Assembly: GCA_030704615.1 (NCBI GenBank)
Contig: CM060733.1
Location: forward strand, 65,782,001-65,846,000
From: Takakia lepidozioides
Taxonomy: Eukaryota; Plantae; Bryophyta
Length of the DNA stretch: 64,000 nt
Reading direction: 5' to 3'
The notes under the pieces are model-generated. The model did not search any database, was not told where the DNA came from, and was given only the letters and a program-made list of their open reading frames with translations. A program made the translations under genes and the position numbers. Below, in pieces: positions 63,210 through 64,000 of this stretch. Position 1 is the stretch's first letter. Each line of letters starts with the position of its first letter.

Positions 63210-64000
63210 TGGTGCATGGTTGCATTGCCAAAGCTGAAAATGTACCAAATGTAATTCTGAACAACACCCTTGCACAACAAGGGAGCGGGATGGAGGCTTT
63301 GGAGACCTATGGGCAAATGATTTGCGAAGCGGTGAAGCCCAACCACATAACGTTTGTTTGCATTTGCAATGCGTGTGCAAGCCTGATAGCCCTGGAAACG
63401 TGCAAAGAGGTCCATGGTGACATCGTCAAATTTGGAATTGTACCCGATGTCATTCTGAACACTGCCCTGGTGGACATGCATATCAAATGTAGGTGCATCG
63501 AGGATGCCAAGGGAGTCTTTGACAGTATGGCTGAACGAAACGAAATGTGGTGTTGTGGAGTAAGATGATTGCACGACATGCTCAGCAAGGGTGCAGGATG
63601 GAGCCTTTGGAGACCTATGAGCAAATGATGTGCGAAGGGGTGTGCGTTTGCAGTGCGTGTGCAAGCCTGGCAACCCTAGAAAAGGGCAAAGAGGTGCATG
63701 GTTGCATCGCTAAAGTTGGTGTTGTACCAGATGTGAACAATACCCTCGTGGACATGTATGCCAACTATGGGAGCATTGAGGATGCCGAGGGAGTGTTCAA
63801 CAATATGGCTGAACGAGATTTGGTGTCCTGGAACGCCATGCTTGCAGGATATGCATAGCAGGGGCGCGGGATGGAGGCCTTGGAGACCTATGAGCAAATG
63901 ATGGGGAAGGGGTGAAGTGCAACCACATCACATTTGTGTGCGTTTGCAATGCTTGTGCAAGCCTGGCAGCCCTGGAAAAGGGCAAAGAGGTGCATGGTGA
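63210..64000 (+). pseudogene. PLS PPR pseudogene running off the window end
   Basis: P-L-S triplets very similar to 48990-49850, with frameshifts and stops. Confidence 0.88.

Overview
Eukaryotic nuclear DNA from a land plant, probably non-seed (bryophyte or lycophyte-like; inferred from the P-L-S/DYW PPR arrays and TE types). One clearly intact host gene is present: a 15-exon NIMA-related kinase (NEK6-like, 31977-44908, about 921 aa). Its introns carry two TSD-flanked insertions of one RTE/RTEX-like LINE and a nested solo LTR. The left half (1-31 kb) is a nest of decayed TEs: Sola-like, CACTA, hAT, several Ty3/Gypsy and non-LTR elements. The right half (45-64 kb) is a cluster of mostly broken PLS/DYW PPR RNA-editing genes plus a Mutator-like element with a phased palindromic repeat array. 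Two retrotransposons stand out because each seems to carry a methyltransferase, with a histone-reader domain in the same element or probably the same family. (1) A Gypsy pol has a DNMT3/DRM-like C5 cytosine methyltransferase between protease and RT (two overlapping copies), and a nearby Gypsy integrase ends in a PHD finger. (2) A non-LTR element has RT - chromodomain - PCIF1/CAPAM-like adenine methyltransferase - RNase H, and a second copy supplies CCHC - RLE (Dualen/RandI-like). All TE ORFs here are degenerate. Family calls come from motif recognition by eye, not database searches.
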